The position numbers and the translations under genes were made by a program. A stretch of DNA of 64,000 bases, from NCBI GenBank assembly GCA_963743305.1, contig CAVUPH010000029.1:29146-93145 (forward strand). The letters run 5' to 3'. This document shows, piece after piece, positions 9,484-20,510 of the stretch; the stretch's first letter is position 1, and each line of letters starts with the position of its first letter. Source of the DNA: an uncultured delta proteobacterium. Its GTDB lineage: Bacteria > Desulfobacterota > RBG-13-43-22. Under the pieces are notes generated by a model that made no database searches, had not been told where the DNA came from, and worked only from the letters and a program-made list of their open reading frames with translations.

Positions 9484-11301
9484 CTACTCCTTATCCCGGT
9501 ACATGGACTCGATCAACTCCTGGTATTGGGCGTTAATGGCCTTGCGCTTGACTTTCATGGTGGGGGTCACTTCGCCGTCCTCGGTGTAGAGTTTCTTGTC
9601 CAGGATCCGGAATTGGCGAATATTCTCCACCCGAGCCACTTGTTTGTTCACCTGGTTGATCTCCTGCTGAATCAGTTCGATAATTTCGGGTGCCTTGGTC
9701 AGGGTGGAGAAGGTGGTGAACTGCACCTTCAGGTCCTGCGCGTATTTGACCACATTTTCTTCGTCGATGACGATCAGGGCGGATAAAAATTTACGCCGGT
9801 CGCCGATGACCACGGCGTCGTTGATATAGGGAGAGAATTTAAGCAGGTTTTCGATGTACTGGGGGGCGATATTCTTCCCGCCGGCGGTAATAATCAGGTC
9901 CTTTTTGCGGTCGGTGATCTTCAGGAATCCTTCGGCATCGATCTCCCCCACATCGCCGGTATGCATCCAGCCGTCCACGAGGGCTTCGCAGGTATTTTTT
10001 TCGTCCTTGAAATATCCCTTGAAGATGCCTTTGTGTTTGACCAGGATCTCTCCGTCCTCGGCGATGCGGACCTCGGTCTCCGGCAAGGCCCGTCCCACCG
10101 TCCCCAGCTTGAAGTGGCGCCCGTCGGACATGTGGGTGATGCCGGTGGTCTCGGTCATCCCGTAGCCTTCCCGGATCGGTATGCCGATGCTTTGAAAAAA
10201 CTTGAGGATATTGTGGGAGATGGGCGCCGCCCCGGAAAAGCCAAGGCGCACCCGGTCAAAGCCCAGCCGTTTTTTCAACTTCCGGAAAACGGCGAAATGG
10301 GCCAGATGATAACCCCCGCTTAACCACCAGGGGATATCCTGGTGGTTTAATTTGCTTTCATTGTAACGGGTGCCGATTCTCAAAGCTGTGCCGAAGGCCA
10401 GTTGTTTCAGGCGGGTGGCATCCTTCATGCGCAGCACAATTCCGGAATAATATTTTTCCCAGATCCGGGGCACGGCATGGAAAATCGTCGGGGAGATATC
10501 CCGCATGTCGGCCATGACCGTATCGGTGTTTTCAGTAAAGTTGACCACATGGCCCACAGTCACATGCATCATCAGGTCAAAAATCTGCTCATAGACATGG
10601 TTCAGGGGCAAAAACGAAATGCTTTCATCCCCCGGCAACGACTGAATAACCGCATTGGCCTGCCGCCCGACCCAAATATAGCACTCATGGGTTATCATGG
10701 CCCCTTTGGGAGGCCCGGTGGTCCCGGAAGTGTAAATGATCCCGGCCACATCATCGGGTTGAGCCAGCGCCAGCAATTCCTCGAACAGCCCGGGACTTTC
10801 CCGATCCTGTTTTTTTCCCATTTCCAGCAAGGCGTTAAAGCCCAAAAACATGGGGTCTTGAAAATGCTTGAGGCCTTCCATTTCCCAGACCACTAACTTG
10901 CGCAACCGGGGAGTCCGGTCCCTGAAAACCAGGGCCTTATCCAACTGTTCTTCATCCTCGCAGATATAGACCACCGAGTCGGAATGGCCGACCACGTACT
11001 CACACTCCGCGGCCGGGTTGGTGGTATACACCCCCACGAAAGTGGCGCCGCACGCCATGACCCCCATGGCCGAATACAACCACTCCGGCCGGTTTTCCCC
11101 GATGATGGCCACGTGGTCCCCCCGCCGGACCCCCAAAGCGTACAACCCCAAGGCCACGAATTTCACCTGTTCCAGGTATTCAGCCCAGGAAATATCCCGC
11201 CACAACCCCAGGTGCTTTTCGCGAAGGGACACCCGCTGGGGCTCTTTTTGCGCCATTTGAATTAAGGCCTTGGGTAGCGTATCGACTACCGAATTATTCA
11301 T
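9484..11301 (-). CDS. Long-chain acyl-CoA synthetase (AMP-binding)
   Basis: YTSGTTGPPKG, EGYGMTET, GWMHTGDVG, DRKKDLIITAGGKNIAPQ. Confidence 0.92.
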   Translation of the reverse strand: MNNSVVDTLPKALIQMAQKEPQRVSLREKHLGLWRDISWAEYLEQVKFVALGLYALGVRRGDHVAIIGENRPEWLYSAMGVMACGATFVGVYTTNPAAECEYVVGHSDSVVYICEDEEQLDKALVFRDRTPRLRKLVVWEMEGLKHFQDPMFLGFNALLEMGKKQDRESPGLFEELLALAQPDDVAGIIYTSGTTGPPKGAMITHECYIWVGRQANAVIQSLPGDESISFLPLNHVYEQIFDLMMHVTVGHVVNFTENTDTVMADMRDISPTIFHAVPRIWEKYYSGIVLRMKDATRLKQLAFGTALRIGTRYNESKLNHQDIPWWLSGGYHLAHFAVFRKLKKRLGFDRVRLGFSGAAPISHNILKFFQSIGIPIREGYGMTETTGITHMSDGRHFKLGTVGRALPETEVRIAEDGEILVKHKGIFKGYFKDEKNTCEALVDGWMHTGDVGEIDAEGFLKITDRKKDLIITAGGKNIAPQYIENLLKFSPYINDAVVIGDRRKFLSALIVIDEENVVKYAQDLKVQFTTFSTLTKAPEIIELIQQEINQVNKQVARVENIRQFRILDKKLYTEDGEVTPTMKVKRKAINAQYQELIESMYRDKE

Positions 11302-11392
11302 GCTGCCAACTCCATTTATAAAAAACGACTATCTTGCCATAACAATTAATAATTAATTGATTATTAATCGGCTTTCCACGCCTGCCGGCTTT

Positions 11393-12175
11393 TTACCGAA
11401 ACCGCACCTTCCTCCGGTAGCGTTTATATCCCTTGACCGATGCTTCCTTGGCAATGCCCAGGTAGAATTCCTTGACGTCCTCGTCCTCCCGCAGCACCTC
11501 CGGCCGATCGGCCCGGACAATCCGCCCGTTTTCCATCAAAAAAGCAAAATGGGCGTAGCTCAGGGCGATATTCACGTTCTGTTCCACCAGAAGGATAGTG
11601 ACCTTTTCCCTTTCATTGATGTCCCGGATGATGTTGAAGATCTCCCGGGTCAGCAGCGGCGACATCCCCAGGGAAGGTTCATCGAGCATCAGCAGCTTGG
11701 GTCGGCTCATCAGAGCCCGTCCGATGGCCAGCATCTGTTGCTCCCCCCCGCTCAAATACCCGGCTTCCTGATTTTGTCTCTCCTTTAAGATGGGGAAATA
11801 TTTCAGAATCCTTTCTATATCTTCCTGGATCCCTTTTTTGTCCCGGCGGACATAAGCGCCCATCCGGATATTTTCCATTACCGAAAGTTCCGGAAAAACC
11901 TCGCGGCCTTCCGGAACGTAACTGATGCCCGATTTGACTATTCGGTCCGTATCCATCCGGTCGATTCGAGTGCCCAGAAATTCAATAGTTCCTTTTTCCG
12001 GCTGTTCCTTTTTCTGGTCATAGAGCAGACGCATGATCGTTTTGAGGGTAGTGGTCTTCCCGGCGCCGTTGGAGCCCAGCAGGGCCACGATCTGGCCTTC
12101 CTGCACCTCGAAAGAGATCCCATGCAGGGCCCGGATCAGATCGTACCAGGTTTCGATATTGTTGACCTTCAGCAT
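11393..12175 (-). CDS. LivF-like ABC ATP-binding protein
   Basis: GSNGAGKTT, LSGGEQQMLAIGRALM, LDEPSLG. Confidence 0.92.
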   Translation of the reverse strand: MLKVNNIETWYDLIRALHGISFEVQEGQIVALLGSNGAGKTTTLKTIMRLLYDQKKEQPEKGTIEFLGTRIDRMDTDRIVKSGISYVPEGREVFPELSVMENIRMGAYVRRDKKGIQEDIERILKYFPILKERQNQEAGYLSGGEQQMLAIGRALMSRPKLLMLDEPSLGMSPLLTREIFNIIRDINEREKVTILLVEQNVNIALSYAHFAFLMENGRIVRADRPEVLREDEDVKEFYLGIAKEASVKGYKRYRRKVRFR

Positions 12176-12948
12176 CAGATCCCCTCTCCCAGATAGGCCT
12201 TGATCACTTCGGGATGGTTTTGTACTTCCACCGGGATTCCCTCGGTGATCTTCACCCCGTGATTGATGGCCAGGATCCGGTCCGAGATGCCCATCACCAT
12301 ATTCATATCGTGCTCGATCAGCAATATCGTAACCTTATAATCCTCCCGAATATCCTTGACCCAGATGCTGAGGTCCTCCTTCTCTTCGGTGTTCATACCG
12401 GCCGAGGGCTCATCCAGGCAAAGGACCTTTGGCTCCAGGGCCAAGGCCCGCCCCAGTTCCACCAGCTTCCGCTTGCCGTAAGGCAGGTTGCCTACATACT
12501 GGTCCCGCACCGACTGCAAGTCCAAGAAATCGACGATACTTTCAACGAACTCCCGGTGTTTGATTTCCTCCCGGGCCGCCGGAGCGCTTTTCCCCCAAAG
12601 AAAAGCGCCGCTGAAAACCCCGGTTTTCATATGAATATGACGTCCCAGCATCAGATTGTCCATGACCGTGGCCTTGCCGAAGAGTTCGATGTTCTGGAAG
12701 GTGCGGGCAATCCCCTTGCGGGCAATCCGGTCCGGGGTCAATCCAACCAAATTCTCCCCATCCAGGAGTACCTGCCCCTCGTTGGGTTTATAGATGCCGC
12801 TGATAAGGTTGAAGATGGTCGTTTTCCCGGAGCCGTTGGGACCGATGATGGAAAAAATGCTGTTCCTTTCCACTTGAAAGCTGACGTTATTGACCGCCGT
12901 CAGTCCGCCGAAACTGATGGTTAATCTATCAACGCTAAAATGATTCAT
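12175..12948 (-). CDS. LivG-like ABC ATP-binding protein
   Basis: FGGLTAV, GPNGSGKTT, ARTFQN, LPYG, V..AYLG; start trimmed. Confidence 0.92.
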   Translation of the reverse strand: MNHFSVDRLTISFGGLTAVNNVSFQVERNSIFSIIGPNGSGKTTIFNLISGIYKPNEGQVLLDGENLVGLTPDRIARKGIARTFQNIELFGKATVMDNLMLGRHIHMKTGVFSGAFLWGKSAPAAREEIKHREFVESIVDFLDLQSVRDQYVGNLPYGKRKLVELGRALALEPKVLCLDEPSAGMNTEEKEDLSIWVKDIREDYKVTILLIEHDMNMVMGISDRILAINHGVKITEGIPVEVQNHPEVIKAYLGEGI

Positions 12949-13018
12949 AATCGAGTGACCGTTGGAACGGGAAGCACTCCTAAAGGAGGCTTCCCTCTTC
13001 CATCTTCCTTCTTCCCTC

Positions 13019-14212
13019 TTACTTGTTTTTCCATACAGCCAAATCGTTGGATTCCCAGCCCTGCAGGGTAATGTAAGAGGCATTGGGGCCGCATTTTTGA
13101 ATCATCACGGCATCGGTGCCCTGGTGTTCCTTTTCGGTCCAAGTCACCTTGGGACCGATCCCCTGAAAACCCTTCAGGGAATTTAAGGCCTTCAAGGTAG
13201 CCTCGGTGCTGAGGTTCTTGCCGACCTTTTTCAGGGCTTCCACCAGCGGTTCGGCAAACAAGATACCCGCATAATAAAAAGTCCCCCAGCGTTCTTCGGG
13301 GGTAAACTTTTTGGCCGCTTCCCGGTATTTAACCATCAAGGGGGTTTTGGAATCGGGGGTCTCCCCGAAAGCCCCGGTGATTACCCCTTCCCACAGCCCG
13401 CCGGTCAATTTAAACATCAAACCATAATCCGAGAGCGTGTTGGAAGAGACCCACTGAGGCTTGAAACCAACGGAAGCCGCGGTCTTCACAGTGATTACGG
13501 CGATCGTCGGGTTGACGTACATCATAACCACTTCGGCACCTGAATTCTTAAGCTTCAGGATCTGGGAGGACAGGTCTTTTTCCGTAGGCTCCACGGGTAT
13601 CTCCGCCACCAGGTCCATTTTGTATTTGGCCAGTCTCCGTTTGCAGCCATCCAGCCCGTTCTTGCCGTAGGCATCGTGCTGGTAGAGGAAGCCGATCTTC
13701 TTCGTTTTGAGTTTCTCCACTACGTATTTGGTCAAAATGCTGGCTTCATCATCAAAAAGCGGGTAAACGGCAAACAGATAGGGATCATTGGGCTCCACGT
13801 ATTCCTTGATAGCCGTGGCCGGACCGACCCAGATGATCTTATTCTGAGAGAGGTAATCTTTGACCGCCAGACCGGGAGCGCCGCCGACCCCGCCGACGAA
13901 GGCAAAGACCCCTTGCCTTTCCACCAGCTCTTTGACCACCGTTTTGGTCTGGGCCGGGTTATACATGTCGTCCCGGACAAAATACTTGATCTTCCTTCCG
14001 TGGATGCCCCCTTCTTCATTGACCATGGTAAACAATAACCCGCTCCCCCGGGCCACGGACCCCCAGGGGGCCGCCGGGCCGGTTTGAGGTCCCCATTGGC
14101 CGATCCGAATTTCTTTGTCGTCGAATCCGGGCGGATTAGCGAAACTTAAGGGCGCCAGGACCACCAGGACGGCCAGAGACAGCATTAACGCCAACAACAT
14201 TTTCTTCATCAT
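13019..14212 (-). CDS. LIV-family ABC substrate-binding protein
   Basis: Signal peptide, EGGIHGRKI, DDMYNPA; operon context. Confidence 0.88.
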   Translation of the reverse strand: MMKKMLLALMLSLAVLVVLAPLSFANPPGFDDKEIRIGQWGPQTGPAAPWGSVARGSGLLFTMVNEEGGIHGRKIKYFVRDDMYNPAQTKTVVKELVERQGVFAFVGGVGGAPGLAVKDYLSQNKIIWVGPATAIKEYVEPNDPYLFAVYPLFDDEASILTKYVVEKLKTKKIGFLYQHDAYGKNGLDGCKRRLAKYKMDLVAEIPVEPTEKDLSSQILKLKNSGAEVVMMYVNPTIAVITVKTAASVGFKPQWVSSNTLSDYGLMFKLTGGLWEGVITGAFGETPDSKTPLMVKYREAAKKFTPEERWGTFYYAGILFAEPLVEALKKVGKNLSTEATLKALNSLKGFQGIGPKVTWTEKEHQGTDAVMIQKCGPNASYITLQGWESNDLAVWKNK

Positions 14213-14480
14213 CGTTTCCCTCCCTAAAAAGATAGTAAAAAAATTTTGCCTTTAGACTAAACTCCCCTGCCCGGGACGAGCACCCCGAAGCATGAAAATA
14301 AGGGGCAGACATAAGCCTAAGTTTTTGACATTAATAATCAATAATCAATTGTTAATTATTAATTATTGATGAATGCCCGAGTGGCGCCGGGTTCTATTTT
14401 CGTATTAAAAGCCTGCCACGCCCTCGGCGCCAGAGGCCGCGAGGCCTCCTTCTCTAATCGTTGATCACCCCCCCCGAAAT

Positions 14481-15092
14481 TTACAATTTGTACCATCGTC
14501 CCTCCGCCTTCACAAAAGGAAAGTCGTAATTCACCAGGGACGTTTGTCCACTGTCCCGGTAGCGGATGGTCACATCCACCTCCACCCGGGCGAAGCCCTC
14601 CAGGCTCGGGTATTTTTCTTTTTCCGGGTTTTCCGGGGCGATGCGGATATTCAGGATCTTAAAGGAGACGATACGTACCGGAGAAGATTGGGCTTCGCTC
14701 ACATAGGCCTGAAAGTCGTTAGCCCGGCAATAGTCAGAGGCCGGATAGAGGCTGGCATAGACCCGCTGGAAATCCCCGGCCACCTCGGCCTCCAAATAAT
14801 TTCTGGCGGCCTTCTCCACCTTCTGCCGCTCCTGGACGAGGGGCGCCGCTTCCCCGGTCCAAGCGGACCCCAGGCTAATCAAAAGTAGGATCAGCCCCAA
14901 ATATATCAACCCCCTCTCCCCCCCTGTGGGGCGAAGGAGCCCAAGGGAAAGGCCCAAGCCTTTTATCTTCCCCTCCCCGAGGCGGGAGGGGATTGAGGGG
15001 TGGGGGAATAAGGAACTCTTGCTTTGCGGATGCCCGCTCCGAGTCTGGAGGTTTAATACCAATGATCTGGAAACTTTGGGGCCCGATTTCAT
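14481..15092 (-). CDS. Hypothetical exported protein inside the LIV operon
   Basis: Hydrophobic leader then a compact domain ending FVKAEGRWYKL (NTF2-like by inspection); true start may be TTG 14909. Confidence 0.55.
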   Translation of the reverse strand: MKSGPKVSRSLVLNLQTRSGHPQSKSSLFPHPSIPSRLGEGKIKGLGLSLGLLRPTGGERGLIYLGLILLLISLGSAWTGEAAPLVQERQKVEKAARNYLEAEVAGDFQRVYASLYPASDYCRANDFQAYVSEAQSSPVRIVSFKILNIRIAPENPEKEKYPSLEGFARVEVDVTIRYRDSGQTSLVNYDFPFVKAEGRWYKL

Positions 15093-15099
15093 AAAAGTA

Positions 15100-15972
15100 C
15101 TAAACCTTCTTGACGTAATGCTTGCCGAATAACCCGCTGGGACGTACGCAGAGAACCAGGACGATCACCACGAAAGCGACAATGGGCTTCCATTCCGGCC
15201 AGGCGTACCCGAAGAAATTTTCGATCAGGCCCAGAAGTTCCCCGCCGATGACGATCCCCGGGATGCTCATCAGCCCCCCCAGCACGGCCGCGGCAAAGGC
15301 CCTCATAAAAGGCTCCATCATGTAGGCCGGATCCAGTGTGGCCCTTCCGGCAAAAAACATGGCCGCGGTGGCCCCGATGAAGGAACTGAAGCCCCAGGCC
15401 AGGGAGAAAACCCGCTCCACCCGGACCCCCATGATTTTAGCCGCGTGCTGGTTCTGCTGGGTAGCCCGCATGGCCACGCCCAATTTGGTATATTTAAAGA
15501 ACAGGAAAAGGAAAATCATCAGCAGGGCCGCCGCGGCGAAGACGGCCATGGACCAATCGTTGACAATCAATCCCTTGATCGGTTCGTGGGTATTCAGGGT
15601 GGAAAAGGGGAGCGTGAACTCCTTCTGCTCCGCACCCCATTTCCAACTGGCCAGCCCCATGAGCAGCATCTCCGCCCCCAGGGTGATGACGATCAGGCCC
15701 AGGAGGTTCGGATTCTTGGCCGGCCGGAGGAAAACAAATTCGATGGCTATGCCCAGGAGAACGGCGAAGACCATGGTCAGCAGGTAGGCCGCCCAAAAGG
15801 GATAGTGATAATAGGTCAGGATATGATAGGCCACGAAAGTGGACATCATGGCCATCTCCCCTTGGGCAAAATTCACCACCTCGGAAGTTTTGTAGATGAT
15901 CACCACCGCTATGCCGAACAGGCCGTAACAGGCCCCGATGGCCAACCCTTCGATTATCAATTGTCCGATCAT
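15100..15972 (-). CDS. LivH-like ABC permease
   Basis: VVNFAQG, TKLGVAMRA, AAAVLGG, RPSGLFG. Confidence 0.92.
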   Translation of the reverse strand: MIGQLIIEGLAIGACYGLFGIAVVIIYKTSEVVNFAQGEMAMMSTFVAYHILTYYHYPFWAAYLLTMVFAVLLGIAIEFVFLRPAKNPNLLGLIVITLGAEMLLMGLASWKWGAEQKEFTLPFSTLNTHEPIKGLIVNDWSMAVFAAAALLMIFLFLFFKYTKLGVAMRATQQNQHAAKIMGVRVERVFSLAWGFSSFIGATAAMFFAGRATLDPAYMMEPFMRAFAAAVLGGLMSIPGIVIGGELLGLIENFFGYAWPEWKPIVAFVVIVLVLCVRPSGLFGKHYVKKV

Positions 15973-16120
15973 GTTCGTTTATTCGTTTCTTTGGTTTGTT
16001 TTGTGATTTGGTTTGGTCTCTATTTTATTTTCTGGAGTCTCTTGACGGCTTCGATAAGGGCCTTTTTAGGCCCGGTCCCGTGTTTTACGCCTGCGCTTTA
16101 CGCTCAGCGCCTCGCGTTTT

Positions 16121-17191
16121 TTAAAACGGCCAGGTCTTCCAGTACTTCTTCATTCGGATCCAGATTCCGAATATGCCCAGGGGCTCAAAAATGATGATCC
16201 CCAGCATGATCAACCCCAGGACGATGCTGTTGAAGTTTTCCAGGCCGATTACGGTGAACCATTTCTTGGAAATGGAAACCAATAAATCGCCGATGATCGG
16301 TTTTTCCGCCATGTTCTTGAGGAGACTATACTGCAGATAGGTGATCAGGGCTGCGCCGGCGATGGAACCCATAATGGATCCCAACCCCCCCACCACCACC
16401 ATGACCAGAAAAATAATGGACAGGATCATGGTAAAGGTAAAGGGATCGAAAAAGCCCAAGACAAAACCAAAGAGGCCTCCGGCAATCCCGGTGTAAAAAG
16501 CGCTGACCATGAAGGAAAGGGTTTTATAAAAGGTCAGGTTGATGCCGATGACCTCGGCGGCGATATCGCTGTCTCGAATGGCCACAAAAGATCGTCCCAC
16601 CCGGGTTTTCAATATGTTTCGGGCGGCCACCACCATAAGAATGGCGATGATCAGGATTAAATAGTACTTGCCCCGGTCGGTATCCAAAACCCAACTGAAG
16701 CCCCACTGGGGCAGGCCCAGATCCAGGGGAGGGGCATGGATGCCCATCCGTCCGCCGAAAACTTCCCAGCGGCCGATGACATGCATGATGGTGAGTCCAA
16801 AACCCATGGAAGCGATGGCCAGGTAAGGGCCCTCGAGACGCAGGGCCGGCAGGCCGAGGATAAAGCCGAAAAAGGCGGCCAGGAATCCGGCCAGGGGCAG
16901 GGCCAGGAAAAAGGGCAGCCCCAGCTTGGACATCAACAGGGCCGTGCCATAGGCGCCGATGGCAAAAAAACCGGCGTGGCCCAGGGAAATCTGTCCGGTA
17001 TAGCCCATCAGAATATTAAGCCCCACGGCCATGATGGCATGGACCATGATCACGCTCAGAAGAAACATATAATACGAGGGGGCATAAAGGGGCAAGGTGA
17101 ACAGGAAGGCCAACAGGGCCACCGTCCAGGACAGGACCACCCCGCTCTCAAAAAGTTGAATGTCTTCGTAATAATTTCGTTTTCGGTCCAT
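16121..17191 (-). CDS. LivM-like ABC permease
   Basis: GLNILMGYTGQISLGHAGFFAIGAY, VGRSFVAIRD, MVVVGGLGS. Confidence 0.92.
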   Translation of the reverse strand: MDRKRNYYEDIQLFESGVVLSWTVALLAFLFTLPLYAPSYYMFLLSVIMVHAIMAVGLNILMGYTGQISLGHAGFFAIGAYGTALLMSKLGLPFFLALPLAGFLAAFFGFILGLPALRLEGPYLAIASMGFGLTIMHVIGRWEVFGGRMGIHAPPLDLGLPQWGFSWVLDTDRGKYYLILIIAILMVVAARNILKTRVGRSFVAIRDSDIAAEVIGINLTFYKTLSFMVSAFYTGIAGGLFGFVLGFFDPFTFTMILSIIFLVMVVVGGLGSIMGSIAGAALITYLQYSLLKNMAEKPIIGDLLVSISKKWFTVIGLENFNSIVLGLIMLGIIIFEPLGIFGIWIRMKKYWKTWPF

Positions 17192-17327
17192 AAATCAATC
17201 TCTTCGGGGTAAGCCGTGTTTGGTCTGGAATTTTTATCTCCTATCATCTTTCGATCCTTTTGGGAAATAAAAAAAGGTTCGGAAAAAGCAACCGTTTCAG
17301 TTCTGGATAACGTTTTTGGAGGAGGGG

Positions 17328-17741
17328 CTAAGTAAGTAGGAGATTATGGAGGTGGGGATCGGGTTTTCTTTTGCGGCTGCCCAGGCGATCGACCACTTTT
17401 TCAAAATACACCTGGTCCTCTTCAAATTGGGGGGAGACCTTGCGCATCATGTTCAGCTTCATGATCATGAAATTGAGCCGCTTCATCTGCTTGTATTTCT
17501 CTTCCACATCTTCGATTCCCCGGAGCATTTCTTCCAGCCGAACGATGTCCTTTTTCAGTTCCAGTTCCGGGGGAAGACAGTCGGCATTCTTCAGGATTTT
17601 ATAGGCCAACCGCAATTCTTCCGGGATCTGGCTGTCGTCCTCCAGTTGCAGGGGCCGGCCCTTACCGGGAAGATTGTCCAACTCCCCCTTGCGCAGGGCC
17701 TCCTGAATTTTCCGTTCGGCGATGAGGTGAGATAAAACCAT
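17328..17741 (-). CDS. DUF1992 family protein
   Basis: IAERKIQEA..GELDNLPGKGRPL, RLAYKILKNADCLPPEL. Confidence 0.85.
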   Translation of the reverse strand: MVLSHLIAERKIQEALRKGELDNLPGKGRPLQLEDDSQIPEELRLAYKILKNADCLPPELELKKDIVRLEEMLRGIEDVEEKYKQMKRLNFMIMKLNMMRKVSPQFEEDQVYFEKVVDRLGSRKRKPDPHLHNLLLT

Positions 17742-17839
17742 GGGTTATTTTTTGGGCACCCCTCCTGGGGAGGGCGGAGACGTTCCGTTCGCCAATGAGG
17801 GAAAAATAACAATAGTCGGCAATAAAATCAATACCCTTT

Positions 17840-20478
17840 TTAGGGGCGCTGATCCAAAACTTTACGAATAACCTGGGCCAGATCTTTTAAGGCCAGGGGT
17901 TTATAGATCAGTTCCCGGATGCCGATCGACTTGGCCTTTTCCTCGGTGATCGTTTCATTGAAGCCGGTGCACAAAATAATCGAAACGTCCGGTCTGATAG
18001 CTAAAATCGACTGAGACAATTTTTCACCCGTCAGGCCGGGCATCGTCATATCCGTGATGATGAGATCGAATTGGCTAGGGGTCTGCCGGAATGTGTCCAG
18101 GGCGGCCAGGCTGCTGGTTTCGGTCTTAACCGTATACCCCAAACGTTCCAGAATCAGTTTCCCCGACTCTACCAGGAATCGCTCGTCATCAACCAGCAGG
18201 ACCCTTTCCCGCCCTCCGGGAATAGCGGCTGACTCCGCGGGCGTATTCACCTCCGCGTCCACAACCATCGGCAGAAGGATGATGAAGGTGGTCCCCCTCC
18301 CCGGTTGGCTTTCAACAGCGATTCGCCCGCCGAAACCTTTGATAATTCCGTGAACCATAGACAGCCCTAAACCCGTCCCCATTCCTTTCTCCTTGGTGGT
18401 GAAATAGGGTTCAAAGATCCGGGCCGCGACCTCCGGACTCATCCCGAAGCCGGTATCACTCACTTGTATTCGGATATAAGGGCCGGGGGACAGATCTCCC
18501 CTTTCATTCTCCGGGACGGCCGGCAGGTCCTGCACGGCTATCCCCAACCGGCCGCCGCTTTCCAGCATGGCATGGTAGGAATTGGTACAAAGATTCATGA
18601 CTATTTGATGGATCTGGGTCGGATCTCCATATATCTTTCCTTCGCTGGCAACATCCAATTTGATCTCAATATTGGAAGGTAAGGTGGAGCGGATCAGATT
18701 CATCGCTTCTTTGACGATCAAACCAACCGGCACGACGCTTTTCTCCTGTTTTCCCTGGCGGGCGAAAGCCAGGATTTGCTGCACCATTCTTTTTGCCCGT
18801 TCCCCCCCCTGCAGCACCTGATCCAGGTTTTTTTTGGCCGGGTGCCCCTCCGGAAGGTCAAAAAGGGCGATTTCGGTGAAACCGATCATACCTGTTAGTA
18901 TGTTGTTGAAATCATGGGCTATTCCACCGGCGAGGGTGCCAATGGCTTCCATCTTTTGGGCCTGAATCAAAAGGGCCTGCATCCGCTGCTGGTTTTTTTC
19001 GGTCTCGACCCGCTGGGACACATCCCTGATAATCTGAACCAGGCCGGCGAATTCCTTTTTCTCGTCCAGACGGGCCACAGACCAAATCTCCAAATGTCGG
19101 TTCAAGTCGGGATCAAAATGTTCTTCCACCATCTCCACTCCCGAATCGGAAACCGATCCGGTCTTTCCCCGGTCGAAAAGGGAAATCCCCGGCCTCTGAA
19201 AGGAAAGGCAACTGGATTTCAATAGATCAAGAACCCGCGGCCCCAAAACTTCCCGGGCCGCCCGGTTGGTTCTGATGATGTTACAATCTCGATCGCGGAG
19301 AACGATGGCGTCTCGAATGGAATTCAAGGAATCCTCCCAGTCCTGGTGCGCCTCCTGGAGCCCTTGTTTCATGAGTTTCCAGGTTGAACACATAGGCGCA
19401 AAGAAAAGCGGCACTCAAGCTCAACAGGAAGGCGGCTGGTGGGAACCAAATGATGGACGCGGATCAGCAACAGGGAGATGAGGAGCACTACAAGGCCTAG
19501 GGCTAAAAGCCAGACCTGGATTCCCCGCATCGCTTCGAGCCTCGAAAAGAGCAGGAACCCCAGGATGGAAATGGCCAACAGCCATACCCAGCACAACCAG
19601 AGGGCTATGGGTCTAATCGAACTATGGTCCAGGAGATTATTCAGGATGTGGGCGTGGATTTCGACACCCGGCATCCGTCTGCCTTGCGCGGTAGAGGGAG
19701 TGGTAAAGGGTTCTTCAATCCCGGCGGCCGAAACGCCGATTAAGACAATTTTCCCCTGGAAAAAGGACGGTGGCCATTTGTTCTCCAACACCTCGGCCAG
19801 AGAGATTGAAGGGAATGTCCCTGCCGGACCGTAATAATTGATCAACATGGATTCCCGCTGGGAAAGGAAGGTCGATTCCGTCGATCCACCATCCGGGTCA
19901 GGCCCCTGCGCCCGGACCCCGTCGGGGAATTGAATCAACCGCTGGATGGCCGAGGCAAAAGAAGGGATGGATTTTCCCTGGTATTCGATCCGCTGAAAAA
20001 CCCTTCTGACGATCCCGTCCACATCCAATTCAAGGTGGACATGGCCCAAGTGGGCCGGGGCCAGGGAGGGCATAGGGACGGTAACTCGGAGATGACTGTC
20101 GATATACATGGGAAGTACTAATCGATCTTTCTTTCGAACCGCCCTGATCAGTTCCGGATCATCCGCAGTGGGTTCCGAGAACATAAGGTCCATTCCGATC
20201 ACCCGGGCTGGAGACAAATGGTCGAGCAGCCGGGCATAATATTCCCTGCGAATCGGCCAATTTCCCAACCGAGAGAGGGTGTTTTCATCCACCGTGATCA
20301 GAACGATATTGGGATTGAATGGGCGAGGCCCTCTCCATCGTTGGGAAAGGTCATAAAAAAAATGGTTCATCCCCCACAAAAATCCCAAAGTCTCGGCCAA
20401 ACCGATGAAGGAAAAGGCCACGGCCAACACCAGAAAGTAACGGACCGCAATTCGCCGCTTTTTTGGTTTCAAGGGCAA
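17840..20478 (-). CDS. CHASE2-PAS hybrid histidine kinase, frameshifted near 19400
   Basis: CHASE2 (WPIRR, DGIVRR, MPGVEIHA) plus three TM segments in 19369-20478; AHDFNN H-box, GTGLGL and receiver domain in 17840-19414. Confidence 0.85.
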
Positions 20479-20510
20479 GGTGCAACTCCTGGGTACGGGA
20501 AGAGTCTCCC

